Shown here in pieces: positions 21,101 through 30,857 of a stretch of 64,000 nucleotides of DNA. The stretch comes from Pseudomonadota bacterium (GTDB lineage: Bacteria > Pseudomonadota > Gammaproteobacteria > Steroidobacterales > Steroidobacteraceae). A program made the position numbers and the translations under genes. The DNA lies in NCBI GenBank assembly GCA_021785405.1, contig JAJYFF010000005.1, positions 23,738-87,737 of the forward strand. Direction: 5' to 3'. The stretch's first letter is position 1, and each line of letters starts with the position of its first letter. Below the pieces are notes generated by a model. That model was given only the letters and a program-made list of their open reading frames with translations, ran no database searches and was not told the origin of the DNA.

Positions 21101-21571
21101 GATCGTGCCCGCTACGGCGACTTGAGCACGCTGCCGACCACGGTGTTCTTCTACGGCATGCAGCCGGGCCAAGAGATCAACGTCGATCTGGAGCGCGGCA
21201 AGACCCTGATCGTACGCTACGTGACGACCAGCGATCCCCACGAGGACGGCACCCGCACCGTCTTCTTCGAGTTGAACGGCCAGCCGCGACCGGTCCGCAT
21301 CGCCGATCGCAGCCAGGTCGCGTCGCGACCGCCGACGCGCAAGGCCGATGCCGACGATCCGACCCACGTGGGCGCACCGATGCCGGGGACCGTCGCGACG
21401 GTGACGGTGCACGCCGGGCAGCCCGTCCGTCGCGGCGAGGTGCTGGTGACGCTCGAGGCGATGAAAATGGAGACCTCGGTGCGTGCCGAACGCGACGCGA
21501 CCGTGAAAGAGGTGCTCGTCCGCCCCGGGCAGTCGGTCGACACGAAGGATCTGATCGCGATCTGCGTATGA
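18110..21571 (+). CDS. pyc: pyruvate carboxylase (single-chain)
   Basis: 1153 aa. It has a biotin carboxylase N-terminus (IRSVLIANRGEIAIRVMRA), a carboxyltransferase TIM domain (HFHTHDTSG), and a C-terminal biotinyl motif LEAMKMET. Confidence 0.93.
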   Translation: MTQAAERRPIRSVLIANRGEIAIRVMRAASELGLRTIAIHSHEDRFSLHRTKADESYLVGEGRSPVEAYLDIGGIVRIAREAGADAVHPGYGFLSESPEFAEACGAAGLVFVGPSPETMRRLGNKVEARHLAVAADVPVMPATPPLPADDRECLAAARAIGFPVMLKASWGGGGRGMRVVESEDGLAETVATARREAKAAFGKDEVYLEKLIRRARHVEVQILGDDHGNLVHLYERDCTVQRRNQKVVERAPAVFLTAAQRTALCEAALRIGRAVGYRSAGTVEFLQDADTGKFYFIEVNPRIQVEHTVTECVTGIDLVKAQLRIAAGARIGDAASGVPPQAQIRVTGHALQCRVTTEDPENHFVPDYGRLTAYRSPAGFGIRLDAGTAYAGAIITRYYDSLLVKVTAWAPTAEETIARMHRALWEFRIRGVVTNLRFLDQLITHPQFADAAYTTRFIDETPDLIRIPHKRDRATRLLSYIGEVIVNGNTGVKGRARPEAPVFPRLPKVQLPPPAPGTKQRLDELGAERFAEWMLGERRVLLTDTSMRDAHQSLLATRFRTQDLAAIAPYYAALLPGLFSVECWGGATFDVAMRFLREDPWERLAELRARMPNLLLQMLLRSANAVGYTNYPDNVVRHFVARAAHAGIDLFRVFDCLNWTENMRVAIEAVRDTGRLCEAAICYTGNLSNPAERKYDLHYYLGIARELQAMGAHVIGIKDMAGLCLPSAAATLVRALKDEIGLPIHFHTHDTSGIAAASVLAAIDAGADAVDGAIDSLSGLTSQPNLGSIAEALRHGPRDTGVDPGALRAISGYWEQVRRGYVAFESDIRAGASEVYVHGMPGGQYTNLREQARSLGIEDHRWHEVATAYAEVNDLFGDIVKVTPTSKVVGDMAIMMVTSGLDRAAVLDPEVEIAFPESVVQLFRGDLGQPLGGFPPELQRKVLKGVEPLRDRPGASLPPADLEAERAAAQLKVGRAISDDELASYLMYPKVFVEYAADRARYGDLSTLPTTVFFYGMQPGQEINVDLERGKTLIVRYVTTSDPHEDGTRTVFFELNGQPRPVRIADRSQVASRPPTRKADADDPTHVGAPMPGTVATVTVHAGQPVRRGEVLVTLEAMKMETSVRAERDATVKEVLVRPGQSVDTKDLIAICV

Positions 21572-21584
21572 GCGCGCCGGATCG

Positions 21585-23293
<1,709 letters not shown>

Positions 23294-23322
23294 CGGCCGT
23301 CGCCGTCAAGGACGCGCGACTC

Positions 23323-25002
23323 GTGCGTCTGATCACGGGTCTGCGGATCCTGGGCGCGTGCGCGACCGTGGCGGTCGTCGCGAACGCCGCGTTCGCCGCG
23401 AAATTCACCGATCGACAGCGGACCCGGATCGAGGAGCCGCGCCCCGCCGGCGTGCCGAGCGACGCGCAGCTCGTCGCGAGCGGCGCGGTGATCGGCAAGG
23501 TCGACATCGTCACGCACAACATATTCGATATGTCGGATCCGCGCGACGACGTCGCCTTGTTCCGTCTCGCCAATCGCCTGCACATCCGCACGCGCCGTTC
23601 GACGATCCGGGCGCAGCTCCTGTTCTCGGCCGGTCAGAAGTACCGGCCGCGCCTGCTGGCGGAGACCGAGCGCAATCTCCGCAAGCTTCCCTTCATCTAC
23701 GACGCTCACGTCGTGCCCGTGCGCTACGCCCACGGCAAGGTCGAGGTCGCGGTGATCACCCGGGACGTGTGGACCCTGAGCCCGGGAGTCAACTTCAGCC
23801 GCACGGGCGGGACGAACAACTCGAGCTTCGAGCTCTCCGACTCGAACTTCCTCGGTCACGGCAAGACGCTGGATTTCCAGCACGGGCGCGACGTCGATCG
23901 CAGCAGCAATACGTTCGAGTGGTCGGATCCGAACGTCTTCGGATCGCATTGGATCGACGCGCTCGCCTACGCCGATTCCAGCGATGGTCGGCGACGCGCG
24001 GTCGACTTCGCACATCCGTTCTATGCGCTCGAGACGCGCTGGAGCGCCGCCGCCAGCGCGCAGAAGTATCAGCGAGCGGTGTCACGCTACGCGTACGGCA
24101 ACATCGGTGATCAGTTCGAGGATTCGGAAGTCTCCTATGCGCTGAGCGGCGGCGTCTCCGCCGGACTGGTGCGGGGATGGACGCGTCGCTGGCTCGCCGG
24201 CGTGCGTTACGATCGCAACGACTTCCTCGTCGATCCGACCACCTCGCTGCCCGCACGCGTGCTGCCGGCCTCGCAGACGCTCGCGTATCCGTTCCTCGGG
24301 TTCGAGCTGATCCAGGACGACTACCGCAAGACCGGCGACTTGAACCAGATCGGGCGCACCGAGGATCTGTACTTCGGGCTGCAGGCCGATCTCACGGTCG
24401 GCTACTCGGCCCCGACGTTCGGTGCGAGCCAGCGGGCGTTCGTCGTCACCGGGAAAGCGCGCAAGGGATTTCAGATCGGCTCGCACCAGCAGTTGTTCGC
24501 GTCCGTCGACTTCCAGACGCGGATTGAGCAAGGGCGGGCGCGAAACCTGATCGCCGACACCGCGGCACGCTATTACTGGCGGTGGTTGCCGGAGTGGGTG
24601 CTGTATGTCGGGGCTTCCGGCACCGCAACCGACGCCCTCGACCCGCAGTCGCAGCTCACGATCGGCGGCGACAGCGGGTTGCGCGGCTACCCCTTGCGCT
24701 ACGAGGCCGGCAGTTCGAAGGCGCTGGTCACGATCGAACAGCGTTTCTACACGGACTGGTACCCGTTCCGGCTCGTGCGCGTCGGCGGAGCGATCTTCGC
24801 GGACGCCGGCCGCGCCTGGGGCCCCGCGATCATCGGCGGCAACCGGCCGGGGATGCTCGAGGACCTCGGGTTCGGACTGCGCCTCGGCAACACGCGCACC
24901 GGGCTCGGCAACGTGCTGCACATCGACTTCGCGTTTCCGTTGAACGCCCCGCCGGGCGTGAGCCAATTTCAAGTGCTGGTGCAGACCTTCCAGAGCTTCT
25001 GA
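23323..25002 (+). CDS. Omp85/BamA-TamA-family outer-membrane protein (POTRA plus surface-antigen barrel)
   Basis: Signal peptide MRLITGLRILGACATVAVVANAAFA, a POTRA-like segment, a beta-barrel-type alternating pattern, and a C-terminal aromatic residue (...VQTFQSF). Confidence 0.7.
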   Translation: MRLITGLRILGACATVAVVANAAFAAKFTDRQRTRIEEPRPAGVPSDAQLVASGAVIGKVDIVTHNIFDMSDPRDDVALFRLANRLHIRTRRSTIRAQLLFSAGQKYRPRLLAETERNLRKLPFIYDAHVVPVRYAHGKVEVAVITRDVWTLSPGVNFSRTGGTNNSSFELSDSNFLGHGKTLDFQHGRDVDRSSNTFEWSDPNVFGSHWIDALAYADSSDGRRRAVDFAHPFYALETRWSAAASAQKYQRAVSRYAYGNIGDQFEDSEVSYALSGGVSAGLVRGWTRRWLAGVRYDRNDFLVDPTTSLPARVLPASQTLAYPFLGFELIQDDYRKTGDLNQIGRTEDLYFGLQADLTVGYSAPTFGASQRAFVVTGKARKGFQIGSHQQLFASVDFQTRIEQGRARNLIADTAARYYWRWLPEWVLYVGASGTATDALDPQSQLTIGGDSGLRGYPLRYEAGSSKALVTIEQRFYTDWYPFRLVRVGGAIFADAGRAWGPAIIGGNRPGMLEDLGFGLRLGNTRTGLGNVLHIDFAFPLNAPPGVSQFQVLVQTFQSF

Positions 25003-25030
25003 GGCATCGCGCGGGCCGGCGGCGAGGTCC

Positions 25031-25588
25031 TCAGGAGTCGGCACGCTTGCGTCGCCGCGAGAGCAACGCGAGGAAGCCGATGCAGACCGAGAAGTTGAGG
25101 ATCCACCAGCCGAGTTGCCGCACGCGACCGTGACCGGAGCGAGGTTTCGCGAATCCGGTCAACACGCCGCGCAGCACCTGGGTCTCGTTGCCGGCCCGGA
25201 TCTCGAACGCGAACGCGGTCGGTCCCGGGGCCGTGAGCTGCGGCGTGCGAATCGAGTAACCGCCGTCGACCGTCGCCGTCGCCGGATAGGATCGACCCCG
25301 GAACTCGACCGTGACCGCGGCGTTGGTCACGGGCGTTCCGTCGAGCGCGCGGCTCACGCGCAGGCTCAGCGTGTCACCCCGCAGCAAGCCGACGAGCCGG
25401 TACGTCGGCGACTGCGCGACGACGCGCGCGGGCGCCGGTGCGACGGCTGCGCTCGCGATGGTCGCGAGCGACAGCGCGCACAGCCAGAGCGTCGCCCACA
25501 ACCGTCGCGAGCCGCGGACGACCGCGCGTCGCGCACGCCGCCGCGGGCGAGCGGCGCATCGTTCGGCGGCGGTTGCGATCGCGAACAT
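25031..25588 (-). CDS. hypothetical exported protein with a C-terminal TM anchor
   Basis: Signal-like LWATLWLCALSLATIASAAVA, a beta-rich middle, and a C-terminal TM plus basic tail (WWILNFSVCIGFLALLSRRRKR). The true start is probably internal (GTG). Confidence 0.4.
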   Translation of the reverse strand: MFAIATAAERCAARPRRRARRAVVRGSRRLWATLWLCALSLATIASAAVAPAPARVVAQSPTYRLVGLLRGDTLSLRVSRALDGTPVTNAAVTVEFRGRSYPATATVDGGYSIRTPQLTAPGPTAFAFEIRAGNETQVLRGVLTGFAKPRSGHGRVRQLGWWILNFSVCIGFLALLSRRRKRADS

Positions 25589-25612
25589 CGTCGCTCGCCG
25601 CGGTTCAGCCGT

Positions 25613-26110
25613 TCATCGGCCGGCCGGCGTGCGCCGGCCGGCGCGCGAGATCCCGAGGACACCGCCGCGCACGATCTCGACGATCGTGCCGAACGCTGCA
25701 ATCGCCGCGACGGCCTCCGCGATCTCGTCCTCCGTGCCGGCGATCTCGACGATCCAGCTCGGTTCGGTCGACAGCACCTTGCCGCCGCTGCGGCGGACGA
25801 CTTGCATCGCGGCGTCCTGCTGGTCGGCGTCGATCTGCAGTTTCAGCAGCGCGAGCTCTCGCGCGAGGTGATCGCCGGTCGTCATGTCCTCGACCGTGAC
25901 GACGTCGACGAGCTTCTGCAATTGCGAGTTTATCTGCGCGATCACCGCGTCCGATCCGGTGGTCACCAGGGTGATCCGCGAGATCGACGGGTCGTTGGTC
26001 GGCGCGACCGAGAGCGACTCGATGTTGTAACCGCGGCTCGAGATCAGCCCCGTGACGCGGGTGAGCGCGCCGGCCTCGTTCTGCAAGAGAATCGCGATGA
26101 GATGCCGCAT
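25613..26110 (-). CDS. ilvH: acetolactate synthase small (regulatory) subunit
   Basis: MRHLIAILLQNEAGALTRVTGLISSRGYNIESLSVAPTNDPSISRITLVT... aligns almost collinearly with E. coli IlvH as I recall it. Start ATG is the complement of 26108-26110. Confidence 0.88.
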   Translation of the reverse strand: MRHLIAILLQNEAGALTRVTGLISSRGYNIESLSVAPTNDPSISRITLVTTGSDAVIAQINSQLQKLVDVVTVEDMTTGDHLARELALLKLQIDADQQDAAMQVVRRSGGKVLSTEPSWIVEIAGTEDEIAEAVAAIAAFGTIVEIVRGGVLGISRAGRRTPAGR

Positions 26111-26231
26111 GGGCCGATAGGATAAGGGACGGCGGCACTTGGGCGCCAGGGCGTTAGCTGCTAGGCTTTGTCGCGTGAACGACAGACACGAATCGAAGGG
26201 CTCGGCGCCGCATCCGCGCGCCGGCGAGACG

Positions 26232-28010
26232 ATGACCGGCGCCGAGATGATCGTCCAGGTGCTGGTCGACGAAGGCGTCGACACGGTGTTCGGCTACAGC
26301 GGTGGCGCGATCCTGCCGATCTACGACGCGGTGTTCTGTCACAACGAAGCGACCAACGGATCGATGCCGCTGATCGTGCCGGCGAACGAGCAGGGCGCGG
26401 CGTTCATGGCGGCCGGATACGCGCGGGCGAGCGGCCGGGTCGGCGTCGCGCTGGTGACCTCCGGTCCGGGCGCGACCAACACCGTGACCCCGGTGCGCGA
26501 CTCCACCGCCGATTCGGTGCCGATCGTCGTGATCTGCGGACAGGTGCCGACGAGCGCGATCGGTACCGACGCGTTCCAGGAGGCGCCGGTCCCGAGCATC
26601 ATGGGCGCGGTCGCGAAGCACGTGTTCCTCGTGACCGATCCGACCCGGCTCGAGGCGACCGTGCGCACCGCGTTCGAGATCGCCCGCACCGGCCGACCCG
26701 GTCCGGTCGTGCTCGACATTCCGAAGGACGTGCAGAACTGGCGCGGCGTGTTCAACGGCTCCGGTCATTTGCCGATCCCAGGGTATCGCCAGCGCTTGAA
26801 CCGCATCGGCGCGAACCAGCTATCGGCAGCGGCGTGCGCGACCCTGTTGGCGGCGCTCGAGACGTCCGAGCGGCCCTTGATCTACGCGGGCGGCGGCGTG
26901 ATCAATGGCGGCGCGACCGAGGCGCTGCGCGCGCTGGTGCGCGAACTGCGGATTCCGGTGGTGACGACCCTGATGGGGATCGGTGCGATCGACACCGCCG
27001 ACGCGATGGCGATGCGCATGCTCGGGATGCACGGCGCGGCGTTCGCGAACTACGCCGTCGAGGATTGCGACCTGTTGCTCGCGATCGGCGCGCGCTTCGA
27101 CGACCGCGTCGCGGGCAATCCCGTCAAGTTCGCCGCGAACGCGAAGTTCATCGCGCAGTTCGACATCGATGTGTCGGAAGTGAACAAGGTCAAGCGCGTC
27201 CACTGGAGTCACCTGGGCTCGTTGCCGGAGGCGCTCACGACCTTGCGGGAGAGCGCCGGTCGCGCCGGCTTCCGGCGCGATTGGTCGGCGTGGCACGAGC
27301 ATTGCGATCACCTGCGGCGCACGTACGCGATGAACTACGACCGCGCGAGCGCGCGGATCCAGCCGCATTACGTGATCGAGGCGATCAATCGCCTGACTCG
27401 CGGCGAGGCGATCATCAGCACCGGCGTCGGCCAGCATCAGATGTGGGCAGCGCAATACTTCGATTTCCGTAGTCCGCGACTCTGGCTGACCTCGGGCAGC
27501 ATGGGCACGATGGGCTTCGGACTGCCCGCGGCGATCGGCGCGCAGTTCGCGATGCCCGGCCACGTGGTGATCGACCTCGACGGCGACGCCAGCATCCGCA
27601 TGAACATCGGCGAACTGGAGACCGTGACGACCTACGGGCTGCCGGTGAAGGTCGTCGTGATCAACAACTGCGGCGACGGCATGGTCAAGCAGTGGCAGAA
27701 GCTGTTCTTCAAGGGCCGCTTGAGCGCGAGCGACAAGAGCCTGCACAAGAAGGATTTCGTGAAGGCGGCGATCGCGGACGGCTTCGAGTTCGCGGTGCGC
27801 CTGGAGAACAAGGCGGACGTGCCGCGGGTCGTCGAGGAGTTCATCCGCTTCCCCGGTCCGGCGTTCCTCGAGGTGATCGTGGATCCGGACGCGGGGGTCT
27901 ATCCGATGGTCGGGCCCGGGCAGTCGTACGACGAGATGATCACCGGCGAATTCATCGCGTCGCGCAAGACCGTCGAGATCGTTCCCCCGGACGAATCCGA
28001 GATGTTCTGA
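26232..28010 (+). CDS. ilvI: acetolactate synthase large subunit (biosynthetic type)
   Basis: MTGAEMIVQVLVDEGVDTVFGYSGGAILPIYDA...TSGPGATN...GSMGTMGFGLPAAIGA...DGDASIRMN... carries the ThDP-binding motif. Confidence 0.9.
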   Translation: MTGAEMIVQVLVDEGVDTVFGYSGGAILPIYDAVFCHNEATNGSMPLIVPANEQGAAFMAAGYARASGRVGVALVTSGPGATNTVTPVRDSTADSVPIVVICGQVPTSAIGTDAFQEAPVPSIMGAVAKHVFLVTDPTRLEATVRTAFEIARTGRPGPVVLDIPKDVQNWRGVFNGSGHLPIPGYRQRLNRIGANQLSAAACATLLAALETSERPLIYAGGGVINGGATEALRALVRELRIPVVTTLMGIGAIDTADAMAMRMLGMHGAAFANYAVEDCDLLLAIGARFDDRVAGNPVKFAANAKFIAQFDIDVSEVNKVKRVHWSHLGSLPEALTTLRESAGRAGFRRDWSAWHEHCDHLRRTYAMNYDRASARIQPHYVIEAINRLTRGEAIISTGVGQHQMWAAQYFDFRSPRLWLTSGSMGTMGFGLPAAIGAQFAMPGHVVIDLDGDASIRMNIGELETVTTYGLPVKVVVINNCGDGMVKQWQKLFFKGRLSASDKSLHKKDFVKAAIADGFEFAVRLENKADVPRVVEEFIRFPGPAFLEVIVDPDAGVYPMVGPGQSYDEMITGEFIASRKTVEIVPPDESEMF

Positions 28011-28035
28011 GGCGGCGCGCGCCCGCGCGCCGTGC

Positions 28036-28455
28036 TCACCAGCTCCCGCTGTTGCTCATCGAGGTCCACGGTTCCGCCGGTGGCAGCGCCGCGCCTTTCT
28101 GCAACAGCTCGATCGAAATGCCGTCCGGGGATCGCACGAACGCCATGTGGCCGTCGCGTGGCGGGCGATTGATCGTGACGCCGTGATCCATCAATCGCCG
28201 GCAGGCGGCGTAGATGTCGTCGACCTCGTAGGCGAGGTGGCCGAAGTTGCGCCCGCCCGCGTAGGTTTCGGGGTCCCAGTTGTAGGTCAGTTCGACTTGC
28301 GCGCTCGCGTCCCCGGGCGCCGCGAGGAACAGCAGGGTGTACCGACCCTGCGGATAGTCCTTGCGCGAGAGCAGTTCGAGCGCGAGCGCGTCGCGGTAAA
28401 AGCGCAGCGACTGCTCGACGTCACTGATCCGAACCATCGTGTGCAGGTATTTCAT
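28036..28455 (-). CDS. gloA: lactoylglutathione lyase (glyoxalase I)
   Basis: [44 protein letters not shown]...ELTYNWD...GHLAYEVDD... Confidence 0.9.
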   Translation of the reverse strand: MKYLHTMVRISDVEQSLRFYRDALALELLSRKDYPQGRYTLLFLAAPGDASAQVELTYNWDPETYAGGRNFGHLAYEVDDIYAACRRLMDHGVTINRPPRDGHMAFVRSPDGISIELLQKGAALPPAEPWTSMSNSGSW

Positions 28456-28760
28456 CCGATTCCGGTCCTCCGATCATGCCCAGCGCGCGCCTGCGCGACT
28501 CCGCGGCGCCAGATTACCGCATCGCGCGCGCGGCCGCGCCGGCGTCGTTCGCGGTGCCGTGCGAACACCCAAGACATCCATTTGTTACTAAATAGAGACA
28601 GCTTTGCTGTAACGCAAACATTGTTCAAGATTGCGTAATAAATCACGAAAAACGTTGGAATTATCATTTTGCCATGCTACGGTTATCCACAGTTCGATCG
28701 CAGCCGTTTTGATGACGTCGATTCTGTGCAACAGACGACGTGAGCCAAGAAAGGCCGAGC

Positions 28761-28864
28761 GCGGATCACGTGGTGGTGGCGCGCATCCGCCGTGACAGGA
28801 CGTGCCGGTATGGATCCGGCACCTGTTCCACTAAAATCCCCGGTTCGTCCGGGGTTTTTTTCTT
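28761..28864 (+). ncRNA. candidate small RNA or transcribed leader (5' end undefined) ending at an intrinsic terminator
   Basis: Three consecutive hairpins are followed by a U-tract: GCGGAT...ATCCGC (28761-28790), GTGCCGG-tatggat-CCGGCAC (28802-28822), a single-stranded UAAAAU, then the terminator. There is no plus-strand gene upstream and no credible ORF. Confidence 0.3.
28838..28864 (+). terminator. Rho-independent terminator
   Basis: CCCCGG-ttcgt-CCGGGG is followed by TTTTTTTCTT. No plus-strand coding gene lies upstream to be terminated. Confidence 0.6.
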
Positions 28865-28865
28865 G

Positions 28866-28892
28866 CGGGATCCCGAAGCCCCGGGATCCCGG
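28866..28892 (+). promoter_or_regulatory. two copies of the palindrome GGGATCCC (CGGGATCCCG / CCGGGATCCCGG), centres 16 bp apart, in the SDR gene leader
   Basis: Read directly. Candidate operator, or a 10-bp RNA hairpin, located 10 nt upstream of the GGGAG RBS of the gene starting at 28916. Confidence 0.3.
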
Positions 28893-28915
28893 CCCCGCGA
28901 TGAGGGAGCCTGACG

Positions 28916-29605
28916 ATGTCCACGGTCCTGGTCACCGGCGCCTCACGGGGCATCGGTGCGGAGTTCGTCCGCCAATACGCCGCTGACGGCTGGCGGGTTC
29001 ACGCGCTCGCGCGGGATCCGCGGAACTCCGAGCGCCTCGCCGAGACGCAGCGGACGCACCGCGACCGGATCAGCGTGCACGCGATCGACGTCACCGACCA
29101 CGCGGCGATCGACGCGCTGGCGAGCGAGCTTGCCGGTACGCCGATCGACGTGCTGCTCAACGTCGCCGGCGTGCTGGTCGCGAATCCGTTCGGCCAATCG
29201 GACTACGATCGCTGGATGAACTCGATCCGGGTCAACCTGTTCGGACCGATGAAGGTCGCGGAAGCGTTCGTCGAGCACGTCGCCGCGAGCGACCAGCGCA
29301 AGATCGTGACCCTGACCAGCGTGCTCGGCTCGATCGGCGGGAATGCGGCCGGTGGGATGTACGACTATCGATCGACGAAAGCCGCGGTCAACGCGATCAT
29401 GAAATCCATGAGTCTCGACCTGGCCCGGCGCGGGATCATCGCGGTCCCGATCCATCCGGGCTGGGTGCGCACCGACATGGGCGGCTCGCGCGCCGAGGTC
29501 GACGTCGCGACGAGCGTCACCGGCATGCGCGCGGTGATCGTGGGGTTGACGCCGGCGCAGTCCGGTCGATTTCTGAGCTACCAAGGGTCCGAATTGCCTT
29601 GGTAA
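28916..29605 (+). CDS. SDR-family oxidoreductase
   Basis: MSTVLVTGASRGIGAEF... (TGxxxGxG) and ...YRSTKAAVN... (YxxxK). Confidence 0.85.
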   Translation: MSTVLVTGASRGIGAEFVRQYAADGWRVHALARDPRNSERLAETQRTHRDRISVHAIDVTDHAAIDALASELAGTPIDVLLNVAGVLVANPFGQSDYDRWMNSIRVNLFGPMKVAEAFVEHVAASDQRKIVTLTSVLGSIGGNAAGGMYDYRSTKAAVNAIMKSMSLDLARRGIIAVPIHPGWVRTDMGGSRAEVDVATSVTGMRAVIVGLTPAQSGRFLSYQGSELPW

Positions 29606-29642
29606 GGCTCGCCGCGCACCCGTGCGCGCCGGAGGCGGCACG

Positions 29643-30626
29643 GTGAAACTGCAGCAGCTGCGTTATCTCGTCGCGGTCCACGACGCCGGCTTGAACATCA
29701 CGGCCGCGGCCCGCCAGCTGCATACGTCGCAGCCGGGGGTGAGCCGCCAGCTGAAGATGCTGGAGGCGGAGCTCGGGCTGCGCCTGTTCGAGCGCGACGG
29801 CCGTGCACTGACGCGAGTGACCGCCGCGGGCGAACGGGTCATCGCGCATGCGACCAAGATCTTGCGCGAGATGCAGAACATCCGCGGGGCGTCCCTGGAT
29901 CTACGGCAGGCCGACAGCGGTAGCCTGGCGATCGCGACCACCCACACCCAAGCGCGTTACGTGTTGCCGCCGGTGATCCGGGACTTCCGGGAGCGCTATC
30001 CGAAGGTTCGCCTCCACCTGCATCAGGGCACCTCGGAGCAGATCGCCGAGCTGGTCGCGCGGGACCGGGTCGATTTCGCGATCGCGACCGGTTCCGAGGA
30101 ACTGTTCGGGCCGCTGGTGCGGCTGCCGGTGTACCGTTGGCATCGAGTGGTCGTCGTGCCGAAACGCCACCCGCTCGCCAGCGGCGGCAAGCTGAGCTTG
30201 CGGCGCCTCGCCGAATACCCGATCGTGACCTACGTGTTCAGTTTCTCCGGTCGTTCGTCCCTGCCCGCGATGTTCGAGGCGGCGGGCCTGTCGCCCGACG
30301 TCGCGCTCACCGCGCAGGATGCCGACGTGATCAAGACCTACGTGCGGATCGGGCTCGGCGTCGGGATCCTCGCGGGCGTCGCGATCGACCCCGTGAGCGA
30401 CGCGGATCTCGTGGTTCGCGACGCGCGCCACTTGTTCGCGGACCACACGACCTGGATCGGGTTCCGCCGGGGGAGCGTGTTGCGGGCCTACATGTACGAT
30501 TTTCTCGAGCGGCTCGCGCCGCATTGGACGCGCCGGCTGGTCCGCGAAGCGGAGCGATCCGAAACCCAGGACGAGGTCGATCGCGCGAGCGCGGCGCTGA
30601 CGATTCCGTATCGGGGTCCGCAATGA
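29643..30626 (+). CDS. LysR-family transcriptional regulator (CysB/Cbl-like)
   Basis: VKLQQLRYLVAVHDAGLNITAAARQLHTSQPGVSRQLKMLEAELGLRLFER... The CysB-like pattern continues with ...IATTHTQARYVLP... GTG start at 29643. Confidence 0.85.
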   Translation: MKLQQLRYLVAVHDAGLNITAAARQLHTSQPGVSRQLKMLEAELGLRLFERDGRALTRVTAAGERVIAHATKILREMQNIRGASLDLRQADSGSLAIATTHTQARYVLPPVIRDFRERYPKVRLHLHQGTSEQIAELVARDRVDFAIATGSEELFGPLVRLPVYRWHRVVVVPKRHPLASGGKLSLRRLAEYPIVTYVFSFSGRSSLPAMFEAAGLSPDVALTAQDADVIKTYVRIGLGVGILAGVAIDPVSDADLVVRDARHLFADHTTWIGFRRGSVLRAYMYDFLERLAPHWTRRLVREAERSETQDEVDRASAALTIPYRGPQ

Positions 30627-30664
30627 GGCTGCCGTACCGCGCGACCCGGGTGCCGCAAAGAAAG

Positions 30665-30685
30665 AAGCCGGGCAGTGCCCGGCTT
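30665..30685 (+). terminator. hairpin downstream of the LysR gene
   Basis: AAGCCGGGC-agt-GCCCGGCTT is a 9-bp perfect stem. There is no U-tract on the plus strand, but the opposite strand has a T-rich flank. Confidence 0.4.
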
Positions 30686-30857
30686 CAGAGATCCCCATGC
30701 CTGTTTTTGATCGATCGTGAACCGCGATCACTCGCGGGTCGTGAGCCCAGCGGTCGGTCTGCCGTCTACACGCAACGCCTAGATTGCGTCGATGCAACAC
30801 ACTATACCGTGATGGATTGGCGATACCAGCCAGGATTGCGACAAAAAGCGAAATTTA

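Noticed and set aside
28628-30789. Shared 9-mer AGATTGCGT in two intergenic regions (28628-28636 and 30781-30789) flanking the SDR-LysR pair, plus other TTGCG(T/A) occurrences
   Set aside because: My rough expectation for one shared 9-mer between two intergenic regions of this size, counting both strands, is about 1. That is not significant on its own.
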